This document shows, one piece after another, positions 13,811 through 27,399 of a stretch of 64,000 nt of DNA (position 1 is its first letter; the number at the start of each line of letters is the position of its first letter). The notes beneath the pieces are model-generated. The model made no database searches and had not been told where the DNA came from. It saw nothing but the letters and a program-made list of their open reading frames with translations. A program made the position numbers and the translations under genes. The stretch comes from Ruditapes philippinarum. Taxonomy: Eukaryota. The stretch is from the NCBI RefSeq assembly GCF_026571515.1, contig NW_026858332.1:1-64000 (forward strand), in the 5' to 3' direction.

Positions 13811-14728
13811 CAAACGTACAAATCAAACAAACAAGCAATAAAAACAATTACAAACACCAATAAACATTAATTTTGCCAAGAAAATACACATGCAAAATAT
13901 GTTACTTGCCAAGTAATAAAGTAATATCTTTTAGAAGCAACATGAAATCTGTTTGAATTAACTGTAATACTTCACTGGCAAAACGTAAACTCGTAAGACT
14001 TAAATATTGTGCTTAAGTGAATTTCTGCAGAAAAAGTATTATCATGTTAAAGCATAGTGTAATTATATTTATAATCGTAGAAAATGACTAATTAAGTTAA
14101 AATTGACATAATAACCAATTTTCTGCACCCTCAGTGTGATAGATTATGGTAATACATATGTTATCTGTGTGATAGATTGCCACGTTATTTCCCTTTATAC
14201 AACTTATCGTGCATTTCATAGTTACCAAACATGTATATTATATAGTCGTTCATGAGATAAAATCATCTTTATATGAATTGATTAAATACTGAAGTAGTTT
14301 CCTACTACTACAGAAGACAATATGTCGACTTAATGTATCAATGAATAGATGGATTGAAAGTAATGTGCAAAATATACTGTATAGTTTGCCAAATTAATAA
14401 GGATAGATTGAGATGAATCGTCTGCTCGTTTTACCTAGATGAAGTAGTACAATCAAGAATATGATAGAATTCAATTTCTTGGATACCTCAGACATTTGCC
14501 GAATTGCTATGTCTACATGGTAAACTGATAGGCAGCAAATTATTTTAATTCTTATAATCTTTATTTTGTACAGCCACCTTGCCGAATGAAGCTCAAAGGT
14601 AACGCTGATTCCTCCCTCCGAATCATATTTTGCAATGTTCTTATTCTGCTACTTTTTATAATTGCATGACCCGAGTAGTTAGGCAAATTTCTCAGGTATT
14701 CCGAAAACAAAAACGTTTTATATGCGTT

Positions 14729-16140
14729 TTTAACCAGGTTTTCCGAAGGAAAAATCTGGTTATTAGATTGAGGTATGTCGGCGGGCGGGCGGGCGGATGG
14801 GCGGACGGGCGGGCGTAAACAATTTCTTCTGTGCGCAACTCCTCCTACATTTCTCAACGGATTTTGACCAAACTTTCACAGAAGCTTTGTCATCAAGTGC
14901 CCTGGTGCATATTGTCAGGGTTTTGTGATCGGATAATATTTGACCTAATTATGGCACTTTGTTTTTCCCCTTATATAGAATATATAGTGAACAATTTCTT
15001 CTGTGCGCAACTCCTCCTAAATTTCTCAACGGATTTTGTTCAAACTTTCACAGAAGCTTTGTCAGAAAGTGTCCTGATGCATACTGTTGGGGTTTTGTGA
15101 TTGGATAATTTTTGACCTAATTATGGCCCTTTGTTTTTTTTCCTTATACAGAATATACAGTGAATAATTTCTTCTGTGCGCAACTCCTCCTACATTTCTC
15201 AACGGATTTTGTTCAAACTTTCACAGAAGCTTTGTCATAAAGTGTCCTGATGCATACTGTTGGGGTTTTGTGTTTGGATAATTTTTGACCTAATTATGGC
15301 CCTTTGTTTTTTTCCATATACAGAATATACAGTGAACAATTTCTTCCGTGCGCAACTCCTCCTACATTTCTCAAGGGATTTTGTTCAAACTTTCACAGAA
15401 GCTTTGTCATCTAGTGCCCTGATGCATATTGTTGGGTTTTTGTGATTGGATAATTTTTGACCTAATTATGGGGGTTATGGCCCTTTGTGTTTTACCCTTT
15501 TATAGAGTATATAGTGTCCAATTTCTTCTGTTGCCCAACTGCTTCTACATTTCTCAAAGGATTTTGTTCAAATTTTCACAGATTAGCTTTATCTTCAAGT
15601 GCCCTGATGTGTATTGTCAGGGTTTTATGATTGGATAAGTTTTTACCTTTTACCTTATTATGGCCCTTTGTTTTTCCATAAAATTTAATTATTAGTGTAA
15701 TATATCCTATTAATCACAACAAACTTTATTTAGTTATAAAACAGAAACTATCTAGGTTGTTGCATGCCTGCAAGCTCATCTGCCTGCTTTTGGGTCCTGT
15801 AGAGTCAAGGTCATTGTTGCTAAAAATAGAAAATCTGTTTCCAGTCAGGTCACTGTTACTAAAAATAGAAAATAGGTTTCCGGTCAATAACTAGTTTGGA
15901 ATAAGATATTTTTATGAAATTTGGTATAAAGCAAGTTTTTATGAAGACCTCACTTGGGATGGCTTTTTGGTCTCCAGTGTCAAGGTTACAGTTACTAAAA
16001 ATAGAAAATTCATTATTTATGATTTACATTGCACATAGTTACATTGTTTGTCGCTTGTATTTGTATTTCAGCTACAACATATTTATCTACAATGGTGATA
16101 ATTGAAAACCTGGTTTCATGGCATTGCCATGTTTCTTGTT
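14729..16140 (+). mobile_element. Non-autonomous Helentron-type element (HINE) with ~172-bp central tandem array (~5 units)
   Basis: Inserted in a T run. 5' subTIR AACCAGGTTTTC (hairpin), (GGCG)n microsatellite, units at ~14818, 14990, 15162, 15335 and 15519, 3' subTIR GAAAACCTGGTT, palindrome CATGGCATTGCCATG, end CTTGTT. Absent from the paralogous site (~3230-3241). Confidence 0.85.
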
Positions 16141-17774
16141 GTACTATTTAACACTGACGAACCCCCAAAAAAGCTTCAATTAAGTGGCTGGCTTGTCATT
16201 ATCACAAATGAACATGAAAAGCAAATACTTTCGTAATAGTGTTATTTGTTAACGACATATTTTTCATGTGTCCGTTCTTTAAAATTTATGTCAAGCGGTA
16301 GTCTCTATGATCTTTAAATGGGTATCTCTTGATGTTTGATCACCACTGACTGGAATTTAAAAGAAAACCGCAAACACAACATGTTATGTTGAACGAGCTT
16401 CGAGGATCGGCAATGAATCATCTCTGATTGAATGTACGACATAATTTTAACAACCTCCACATTGCTCGTCTCTTATTAAACATAAAACTGATAAATATTC
16501 AAATCTTAAAACGGGTCGAAGAATGGAAAACTGGAAGAATTTTCTAAAGGTTAAGTTATCCTGTTTTGTTTTTTCTTAACGTTTGAGCAGAAATTATTAT
16601 TAACAAAAAAGAATCTAACCTTAATTACAGCAGTTTATTGATTACTTCAATCTGACGTCAGAAATTATCACCCATGTCGAATTCAATATGACATCTTTAT
16701 GTCAGTCTATTGCTTGGCACGGTATGAGGTGTTGGCTTTACAGCATATGAAAGTTTAACAATTTTTTAAAAGTTGTACAAGTTTTGATACTATAATTGCT
16801 GATAAACAAAGGTCTATGTAGACTAGATGGTCCCACTTATATTAAAAAAGAAACCCTGTCAAAGCGTTTCAGTAAAATTAAAAGTTCAAGTTGTGCGTCT
16901 TTAATCCATTATACCACATAAGCATTTAAATTCTTATATCTAATTCTAATTTCAATTGAGATAGAATATAAAACAAAACATCGTCATTATTTTCAAAATA
17001 GTAATTCGAAGTGTATGATTTCAGAAACATTTAGCTTCAATATTAAAAATCAACATTCAAGATTTTTTCTATAAATAGAGGATTTATTTTCATCGAGTGG
17101 TGATATGTATTTCACTAGTGCGGTAACCATGATAATTTTCATACCACATTAAGTCCCGTATTTATAGCTTTTTTTACCTTACGTCTCGAAAGACTCTTAC
17201 TTTAATTTTGTGTTTTTAGTTGAATTTAGAAAAGTGCCGACGGAGGGACTACCTTGAAAATACGGAAAATATAACATGTTTCACTGGAGTGAAAATACAG
17301 AAAATGAAAATACGCATTTTATTTTATCAAAATTTCAATTTTCACATTCTATTGTTCGGGTATGAGACCTAAGTGTGACAATAACAATTTAAACATACTC
17401 ATCAATGTCGATCGATTTGTGCATATACATTTTAATAGTGTATAGTATTTTATTAGTCTCTAGAAAATCAAATATTTGATTTGTTTCATATATGTATGCC
17501 ATTGCCTTATCTTGTATAATAAGTTGTATTGTACATTGACTGAAGTAAATATATATGCAAAAACTTGCTGTCTTAAAATATTTCTAAACTGCCTTGTTTG
17601 GGGTCCGCCTGGGCTCCTTGCCATTGGTTCTTGTTGCTGGGTCATATGGGGGTTGCGTTCATTAAACGCCGCCTTTCCTTGTTGATCTTGTTTATCATAT
17701 GTTTTGTTGTAACGTTTAAAATTCTTGTCTTGTCTGTTTTTCTTTTAATTCTCTTTTCAAAATGTTTTTCTATA

Positions 17775-20700
17775 TTACCCAAGAAAATCAACAGTGGTTA
17801 TTTTCTTCTTACCAGTACATTTGTCTTCCAATTCAACAGTGATTTCCGTCCCACCAAATAACATAGACAGGGAAACCTCTCTCATACTTGTATTATTTTC
17901 ATCATCAAACGCTATCCTTAGTTTTCCTATCTCAAGGCATCCATCATCATCACAGTAAACGGGGTCTTCTCTCTCTGAAGCATAGATTTTAACCAACACA
18001 TCCGCCTGCCTATATGCACAACATTTCTTTGTTTTTTGTGTTTCGCCCGTTTTCACGGTTTGCCCCGTTGTAACAAATTTGCCGAAGACATTAGCACATC
18101 TAATACAATGGTCTGGTCCTTCAAATCGTTTGCTCTCTGGGTGAACTCCCTCTCTAAAACGAGGTGCGATATCAATACCATAGGTATACTTGAGAATCCT
18201 TTCACTTATTGACGTAGGATTGTGTCCATATATTAGAGCACCTCTTAATACGACTGATGAAGCGTCAACAGGTATCACGACTTTAATGCCAGACAATGCT
18301 TCTGTTACTGCACGTTGTAAAACCGGTGATTCAGAATAACCACCAACCATCAGTAAAACTCTCACATCTTTCAGTGTGCCGTCGGATAACACTGACTTTA
18401 GATGACCAATTGTCTTTGTCACAGACTTGTCGAATAGTTGAACAAAGACCTTGTTAGAAATTTTCATTTTATCCCTTCTAAGCTCGATCAGACCATCATA
18501 CTGAGACGATGCTAATGAAGTACAAAGGTCAAGCTGTGAGTCTTGATTGTAAAGATCAATTAGTGATGCAGGTATTCTCATCCCTGTTTTCCCGTCACTG
18601 TCTACAGTCGTCTCTCGTTTCCGTGACTCAAATTCTCGTTGCATGTCAATCCAATCCTCCTTTTCTTCGTGTTTGAATTTTTCAAAAACAGTTTGTCCTA
18701 CTATACGTATAAGCAAATTTTCAAATTCCTTGTCAATCATTATACCTCCCCAATCGCCACCACTCGCAGGTTTTACTTCTCTCAATGTATGCTCACTTCC
18801 TGTCTCGTGCACTGTTACGTCTATTGTTCCACCTAGAAAATAAAACGTGTAGGTCACATATGATACCATTGATAACAATGTAAAAAAGTTCAAAATAGAG
18901 AAAACAGAATCCCTAAAGAAAGCCCAATTGTAAAATGTTGCAGGCACAGTTTGATTGAGCCTGGTTATGGACGGTGCTGGAAAGGGCAAGTTACCGTCCA
19001 CGCCCCCTAGCACCGGCTTAAGGTGATTCTGCTTTGTCAGCCATTTTTGTTTTCACTATGTGGGTCCAAAGTGAAAGTAGGCCTAAATTCATATAACAAC
19101 AAAGCTCACATTGTTATATGATGAGCCATTTGCAAGTACACTTCCAGTTCTATGTTTTAAAGACTATTTTAAACAAAAATAAAAATGATAACAATAAGAA
19201 AAATTACCTTGAATGTGCTTCATTTCTGAAGACCAAAAACATTCTGTTGCAAAGTTTTATGCACATTTCATGAATGGCAAAATCCTTTTTAAAGTCTGTT
19301 TTAGTGCCTACAAAAGCTACTTTTTGCAGCAAATACAAAAAACTTTAAAAAATATAAACCTTAGAAAAGTAGTTTATCTGACCTTGAAAAAACATGGCCA
19401 CCATGACATGTGTAAAAAAGTAGTACCATGAAAATAAACATCATTTATCTATCTCTTGTGTACATGACAAACAGACACACTTCACTGTTACACATAAAAA
19501 AGGTTAGATTTTAAAGTTTGATTGTGTTTTCATTTTAATTGTAGTTCATAAGGCTATAAATGATGATTGTTTTCTTGCACTACTTTTTTACAAAAAATAA
19601 TGGAGGCCATGTGCTTAAAAGGACATGAGATATGGATTTATTTGGAGTTAAATTTTGAAAGATTTTTGTATTTGCTGCAAAAAATAGCTTTTGTAGGCAC
19701 TAAAACAGACTTAAAAAAGGATTTTGCCATTCATGAAATGTGCATAAAACTTTGCAACAGAATGTTTTTGGTCTTCAGAAATGTAGCACATTCAAGGTAA
19801 ATATTCTTATTGTTATCATTTTTATTTTTGTTTATAATTGTCCTTAAAATATAAACCTGGAAGTGTACTTTCAAATGGTTCATCATTTTAAAATAAGAGC
19901 TTTGTTGTTTTATGAATTTTGGCCTACTTTCACTTTGGACAGACTTTGTGAAAACAAACATGGCTGACAAAGCGGAATCACCTTAAGCAGAATTCAACAT
20001 TTAATATGAATTGGTAAAATTTAGAATTTTGAAACATCCGCAGATGTGTTTATATGACGGTTAGCATGGAACCTTCAATGTGACACGTTAGTGCCATTCC
20101 ATGAAAAGCGGCATATGGTCCCCAAGTAAAAAAATGCAAGTGCCCTAAACGAGAAAACAATGGGCGGAACTAAATAAAATGGAATTTTGAAAGCGGGGAT
20201 CTGAGGTTATTGAGCCTGCATATCACATAAAATAGAGAAAAACAAACCATTATAATTTAAATGTTCACAGGTAAGTTTAAAACGTCCATGCTTTGGTTTT
20301 GTTTCCTTGTACATATATGCCTCACTTCAGTTTAAATCAATACCAAAAATAAGGCATTTACTTGTTTTTTAGATTTGGAAACAAGAAACGAAGAATTCTA
20401 ACGGTTTAATAATTTATGCATCTTTCTTTTTAAATTATTTTTATTTATTCAATGCAAAAAACAATAAGCTATAGCAAATTTTAAAATAAGTTCCGCAAAT
20501 ATTTTTGAATTTCTAATGATCATTTTTTCAATTTTAAGCATATGATCCACGTAAACTTAGAATACGTTTACAAAACGTATACCACATCGGAACAATTTTT
20601 GGATGACAACACTCGTCAGCTTTTTGTGTGGAAAAGAAATCGATTCGCCAAAATTAAAGAGTGTCAATACAAAAACCTAAACTTATGGCTATATCGAGCA

Positions 20701-23700
20701 GTTTCATTAAAATGGTAAATTATTAATATAAAATCATTCTGCAATAGGAAGAATGTCATTTAAAATATTGATATAATTGCATATGTGAGGCCTATGTATC
20801 TGTTATATGCAAAGAAATATTCAATGTTTATAAAACATCAAAAAGAACAATACCTCCTGCATCAACAACTATGTATTTGGTACCTATTGGTAACTTGTTC
20901 ATGGATACATTGCCAATCTCACCAGGTTTATGAATATGAACATGCCTGCAATACAACGAAGCCGCTTCGGGTTCCAGTGCAATTGTTAGTCGTTCTTTAC
21001 TTATTCCAGCCTATAAATATTATTAAATATAGTTCGTTTAGCTCTTATGCAATTGTTAATTACAGATACCAGCCTAAGAAAATAATAAACAATTATTGTT
21101 CGATTTATTATTTGCTAACATGACTAAAATGAAGTTCAAAAGAACTGAATGCTTATTTGTGCCGTTCACATAGCGTTTACTAGATTTTGATGATAGAAGA
21201 TTTGTAGAATATCTAAAGAGACACTATATTATTTCGATATGTATTTATGTAATAGGAGTTTTTCAATGATGAAAACTTGGAGTAATTTACCTCACTCTTA
21301 CTGGCTAACTAAGCATTAAGTTCTGACAAAATGAAATCATTCGAAAGCAATAAATTCAGCCTGCAAAACGTGCTTTCCCATGTGAATTACTAATATAAAT
21401 GTCCACGTTAATGTCTATATTGTTACCTTTTCAGCAGCTTCACGCATGAATTGTTTTGCAGCATCGGACCATATTGCAGGAACTGTTACAACTAAGTGAA
21501 TTTCAGATGGTTTAATTATGCCATCTATTCCCTTGCCAGCATTATTCAACATGTCATCTACCAAGAATTTGATTGACATTCCAAAGACATCAGCTGCTAA
21601 AAGAGGTCTGCCAAATTCGTCTTCGATTGTCATGTCTCGTTTTAAGTCCTGGATTAACATTTATACATATAATGAAGTATTTCTTTCAAACCGGAATTAA
21701 TAAAAAGAAATATCGATTCATATGTCTTAACTTAAGACTGCAACGATTTATTTTGGCATTAAATAAAATCAAGAAATTACCGCGGCGAAAGGTCGTAAAC
21801 ACGCCCAAAGTTTAAAGTAATGTCCAAATCATTTCTCTTCTGATTGTCCTAATCATGTTTTCACGACATCGAAGAAAATATGAAAAAAGAACAGAATATA
21901 TTTTTTTTAAAGGAGAAAAATCTAAAATCACTGAGATGTAATGAAGATAATGAAGATAAAGTATCCACTTTTTGCGAGTGTCAACTAACACTTGACCTTT
22001 GTTTTAAGTATACATGTAGCTTCATTGAATTAATTACTGCCAATTGTGATTGCATCACAAAACCCCGATAATATGCTTAGTGAATTATTGGTTGACACGT
22101 CCTTATCGGAGGAGTCGTGTATAAGACAGTTATCTTCTTTATATTTAGAAATTGATCAAGGATATCAGGATATGAAGATATATACAAACGTACTTTGCCA
22201 ATCTTAGAATAGAGTTTCATTTTAAATCGCTTAAAGAAGAAATAATTGTCTTCTTCTCCTTTATCAAGTAATTCTCGATATTCGTTTTCTGCATCGTACC
22301 CGAACGCTTTCAGTGTTTTACCATCGGGATTTACCAGTGCACATGTCGGTGTTTTTTCTGTCACTAATGTACCTGATTTCGACTGCCAATGTTTTGTCGT
22401 TGCTTTTGTCGGATCCGAATCATAGTCGTGTTTAAAAGAAAAGGCCCAGCCGGAGAAGGTCGTTCCTAAGTCTATCGCTCCAACAAGAAGTCTTTTTGTG
22501 GTCTTCTGCGAATCGGAAGCCTATGTCCAATATAAATATGATTTCAGAAGTTTGGTCAACAAAACATACATAGGGAACACTAGGAAACCAGAAACATTGA
22601 ATGAAAGGAGGAAATACACATTTTACAAAGTACATGTAAATGTTGAGTGAAATGAATAAAGTAATTTTCTGTGAAGCAAACTTTTACAAAAAGGCATACA
22701 CAATTGTATGTGCATTTAAACATACTATCTCGTATATAAACTGAGATGATAAATGATATAAACTCGTTCAAGAGAATGAAATACTGTAAGCACTGTTGAA
22801 ACTAATTGTAGTCTGGATTTTATATATAAAAACGTCCCAGAATGATATTTAGAATATTTCTTCAGCAACCTTTTTTACAAATAAATGATATTGCAAATTA
22901 TTTTATTCACTTTAAATCAATGATTTGGATTGGTTTAATATTACTTTTTTCCCTTTTCTCACAGCTAAATGCCTCGCTAAGCACTGAATCCTTACGTATA
23001 ATCCTGAATACTTCAGATGACATTACGTTTTGCCGAGGGAAATTATTTTTTTCAGGTCATTTTCCTAAATTGCAACTTACCAAAACATTAACTTGTTTAT
23101 TCCTATGTATTTTGTTAGCTTTTCACTGGTAAAAAACTGTCGGATAACCTCAACCGTTTATATAGTCATTAAAAGTGCTATTTTTTATTTCATTATTTTT
23201 TTGTCATTGTTGTTGTTGTTGTAGTTTTGTAAACTGCGGTATGAGTTAGCTATGGATTTTGTATCTATTTTCATAGCTTGTAAAAAAGGTGCAGGATACC
23301 TTTGACGAATGAAAAACGATAAAAATCATCCTAAAATGTTTATCTACCCGTAAATGTACATATATGATTCTGATAATTTTCTTAATGACATTAGTTTTGG
23401 ATAAAATACGGATGACAGATATGAATTACAATGAAATATAAGGCGCAAATATTAATCAAATGTGTAATAATAACATTTGATCATTTAAGAGATTTAAGGC
23501 CATTCATATATCACTTACGTCAAGTTCGCAATGAAATATCGATTTTTACATTTATTTTGAAATGATAGAATAATATCATGTAACTTATTCCGGAAAAACT
23601 TGTTTCGTTTAATCGAGAAATCTATATGTTAATTAACAAAAAATACATATCAGTCCTGGCCTGATGACACGTATACTTTGCATCGACGATTTTCAGAAAA

Positions 23701-23886
23701 AAATTACAGATATTTTATACGTTTAACTTTCGATTTCAAATTTTTGCTTATTTCAAGACAACAAAAAATATAATCAATGGTTAAAATGTTGTACACATTT
23801 TGAGATTAAATAATAAATTATTATCTGAGAAATGTCAATAAAAACTAAAATTTAAAAAGTTAAAAGTAACATACCATAACAGCCAT
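17775..23886 (-). CDS. HSPA12: HSPA12-family (heat shock 70 kDa protein 12A/B-like) copy 2, intact, 591 aa. Exons 23886-23875, 22520-22194, 21648-21427, 21010-20854, 18832-17775
   Basis: Exon lengths 12+327+222+157+1058 = 1776 nt join in frame (MAVM|ASDSQ...LGTTFSGWAFSF...EPEAASLYCR...DAGGGTIDVT...TTVDFLG*). GT-AG introns. The 12-nt first coding exon ATG-NNN-GTT-ATG|GTATGT is conserved in both copies but is the least certain part. Confidence 0.92.
19022..19982. mobile_element. Fold-back MITE with long (>300 bp) TIRs and TTAA TSD, Kolobok-like
   Basis: TTAA|GGTGATTCTGCTTTGTCAGCCA ... TGGCTGACAAAGCGGAATCACC|TTAA. Arm ~19211-19345 is a near-perfect reverse complement of ~19660-19793. Located in intron 4 of HSPA12 copy 2. 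Confidence 0.88.
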
Positions 23887-26326
23887 GTCTGTCTGAATTC
23901 ACAAACAGGAAGTTATATGCACAATTGTGACGAATGTGGTTACCAGTCTGAATTATAATGTATAGATTATGCAGTGTTAAAACTTTTTAAATGTAATGAA
24001 CTTAATGAAAGTTTTTTTAATTAAAATAAAGCATGTTTGTGTATTAATGTGTTATTTTGTTAATGACCATATTTCCGTAGAATAAATGGTTTTTATTCCA
24101 TAGATTTTCAAATTTAAAAAAAAAATCATATGATTTCAAGACATGACATTTTGAGCATTTTATACTTCGAATTTTTAAGAACTTTTTTTCTGTAGCAACA
24201 CATATATAGTGATAACAAATATGCAAATATCTATCTTTTCTGAAGGAATTTATTTTACGTTGGGTCTAAGTTTTGGCTAAAATGCTTAGCCTACTAGGGA
24301 ATGTGATTAAGAGTGAGAATATGCAACAGATATATGAAGTAAATCAATTACTTGTTATATTAATATATGTTCTACATATTGTGTATTTTGGCATATTAGC
24401 CAAAACTTAGACCCATCATAATGCAGTGTATGTTTGTCTGGTTTTTACGCCGATTTTAATACATTTTTATCAGATCCACCTAACTGGATTTCCTGGATAA
24501 CTCACCAGTAATTTCTAATTTCCCGACAACTAATACAACATGGGTGTGAACAACTGACCATAAGACTCAATGTTTGATATGTCTCGACATATTTCACCTT
24601 ACCCGGGAATCAAAGCAGCAACCCCTCTGTTATGAACCCTATGTTCCCCTATTGAGTTATTCGAGAGGACATTACATTAAATCAAAAGAAAATAACAACC
24701 ATCTTTGGATAACAAATTATGCCACTCTGTAGCTGATGAAAATGAATCTCAATCATCTTATGCCAGTCAACAATATTCCGTTTTTTTTTCTGTTTTAGCA
24801 TACAATTTAATCATCTAAATGATTTTATGAGTACTGATAATTTTCTTAAATTGACATGTACACTATTTTGGTTAAGTTGAAGCGATAGATTATTTATGAA
24901 ATAAATTAAATATAAGGCGGAAATATTCATTAACAATCAAAAGACATGCTTGCCCACATTATAGGTCATTAATTCAAAAAGCCCATACTTAAACACTCCA
25001 AGGAAACATATAGCCAAATAAATACTGATCGAATAGAATTATATCGTGTTTGGACCACAATGTTTCGTTATAAAGTAGAAATTTATTACAATCAAGCATC
25101 AACATATATCTATACAGCTTTATGGTCCACATCAATTGCAAATGTATTATAATTTTAAGAAAACAAAAAATATAGTCCCATATTTAAATGTAGGTAAGAG
25201 TTTTAACAAACATCTTAATTTGAATTATTGAAAATAGGAAGAAAACATCATAAACTATACCATCGATATAGATAACTTATAAATCCTCGAAGCTACATAA
25301 CAGGAAGTTATATACACATACTCTAGTTAGCAAGAAGTCCGATATATTTATTTGAAAAAAGAAATCATATACATGTATATGATGTATTACAGTCAGTTGG
25401 GTATTACAGATACTAAAAAGATATAAAGGTATAAAGATTTTTGCTTAAAACTTTATTTATTCTATCTATTTGGTGCTATTTAAAGAAAGTTGATACAGCT
25501 CTGACCTGAGCAGATAGATAATACAAATATCATTGAAATATCTGTATTTAGTTTTGTAAACATATATCATTGGCAAATATGCAAATCAATGTGGCGGTGG
25601 TAAATGTTCACTTGGTATAACATGTCAAGTGCTGCTGATTTATTTCCAAGTTTATAAGATAATTTTATGAGTCCTTTATAACATTATAAATACATGTGCA
25701 CATACTTAGAGCCAAATACACACAAAATATACGTGCGTATAAAATATCAATGTTTAGATAGGAGAACATTTTGCAATGAACTTAAATTTAAGCATATTCA
25801 GTATTCATAGTCATGGTCATATGTTTCAATAAGTTACTAGTACAGTTTCCGATTGAAAGAGTTATTAAACTGCACCATGCTTCGTACATAATCACTAAAA
25901 GGTAAACGTCAGCATTCTACAACATGGCAAACTCTGTACACCTAGATGGCCTCAATATTCAGAGAGTCTCTCTGCTTTCTTGTAATATCGGACATCCTGA
26001 CTGATTTTCAAGTAGACATAGTTTCCAATACAATGTCCAGAGAAAAAGGCAATGCTGTGCTTTGATTGCCATTGCTCTCTGATCTGTAGTTTTGCCCACT
26101 TGACCTTCATATGATTCAATTCAAAACCCAAACTGTGACTTAGTTACAGCATCAGAGCATGCATTATCACGACTTGGTCCTTGCAATGTCACCTAACCAG
26201 ACTTCTGTAATCAGATATTGTAGAAATACGTGGATCCACTGAACAGTAAAGCATTCTAGTCACCGGCTCGATGGATGTTAGTTACACTACCAGTCCTTAT
26301 CATCTTCAAGATCTGTCTCACCAGCA

Positions 26327-26431
26327 TCGGCTGAAATATCTTTTAGTGGCCTTAGAAGGTTAAAAACGTACGCCAGAAACACAATGATTCAGCAGCAGCT
26401 GACTGTACTGGCACTACTGAATGTCCATTGC
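26327..26431 (+). pseudogene. hAT transposase C-terminal dimerization-domain remnant
   Basis: Translates to SAEISFSGLRRLKTYARNTMIQQQLTVLALLNVHC, matching the hAT consensus ERSFSxLRRLKTYLRSTMxQxRLxxLALLNVH. Confidence 0.8.
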
Positions 26432-27049
26432 AGTCAAAGTACCTCTGCTTAACGACTTGGATGCGTTGGTTGGGTTATAGACTTATTGTACTTGTCTTTA
26501 GCAATAATACACGTGAAAACGCTTTTTCAAACCTCAAATATACTGCCTGCCTGACCTCCCAATAAAATTAATGAAATGATGATAAGCAAAGCATAAAAAA
26601 AGAAATACAAATGTAATAAAAACACACGCAAAGACACGCGCGCGCGCTCAAGCACAAATTAAAGTAATTAAAACATTTTCGACAGCATATTTTTTTACAT
26701 CGGAGTATCTTTATCAATTAATTACTTGTTGACTTTTTTCAATCGTTATTAAACAGTGAAACATAATTTTTGATTGTATAGCAGTTGTCTATGTAAGTAA
26801 ATATATTATCAAATAGTTGGCGACTTGAACTTTTAGTCCTTAATTTAAATAGTATTATACGAGTATGTCATATATTCATTTTCTGTAAAAGAAAGGACAA
26901 AAGATATATGTTTAGAATATTACAAGGATTTAAATAAGTTGTTCAAGAAAAGCCAGAGTCACCATTTGACAAGCTAAGGAGTTTAAGTAACATTTGGGCA
27001 TTTTACCATGTTTTAAATTTTTAAATTTTAACACGAGGTTTTTCCGTTA

Positions 27050-27105
27050 TATTGTGTGTGTGCGAACGTGCGTGCTTGCGTACGTGTGTGCGTGTGTGTG
27101 TGTGT
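27050..27105. repeat. (GT)n/(GCGT)n microsatellite
   Basis: Direct reading of the sequence. Confidence 0.8.
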
Positions 27106-27399
27106 TAAGTTAATTTTATGTGGCATAATATTAACTCAGAGTTGTTTGCTCGAAACATCTGAATCTCAACTAGGGCTCTCCCCCTGAAACTGCAAGATAA
27201 AAGCGCCAATGTGGTCAGCCTTTTAAACACTCAGTCATCAGTTTCAGTAAGGAGAGTGTTAAAGGAATTTGTATACACCCTTTCCAAACAGTTTGGTGGC
27301 TTTATGTATGAAACATAATTTGATGTTTGTCTCAGTATCAATCATTCGTGTATTAAGTATTGAAATCTTGATATTATTTATTAGTCTAGCGGTATGCCT

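Larger units (their letters stand above)
14520..26290. repeat. Segmental duplication unit 2 (paralogous to ~3020-12510)
   Basis: As for unit 1. It is longer mainly because of private insertions at 14729-16140 and ~18905-20240. Confidence 0.9.

Noticed and set aside
18833-19013. N-terminal 60 aa of the 412-aa ORF 17775..19013
   Set aside because: Intronic read-through. The exon starts at the AG acceptor (18832), matching copy 1 and the phase of the upstream DAGG exon.
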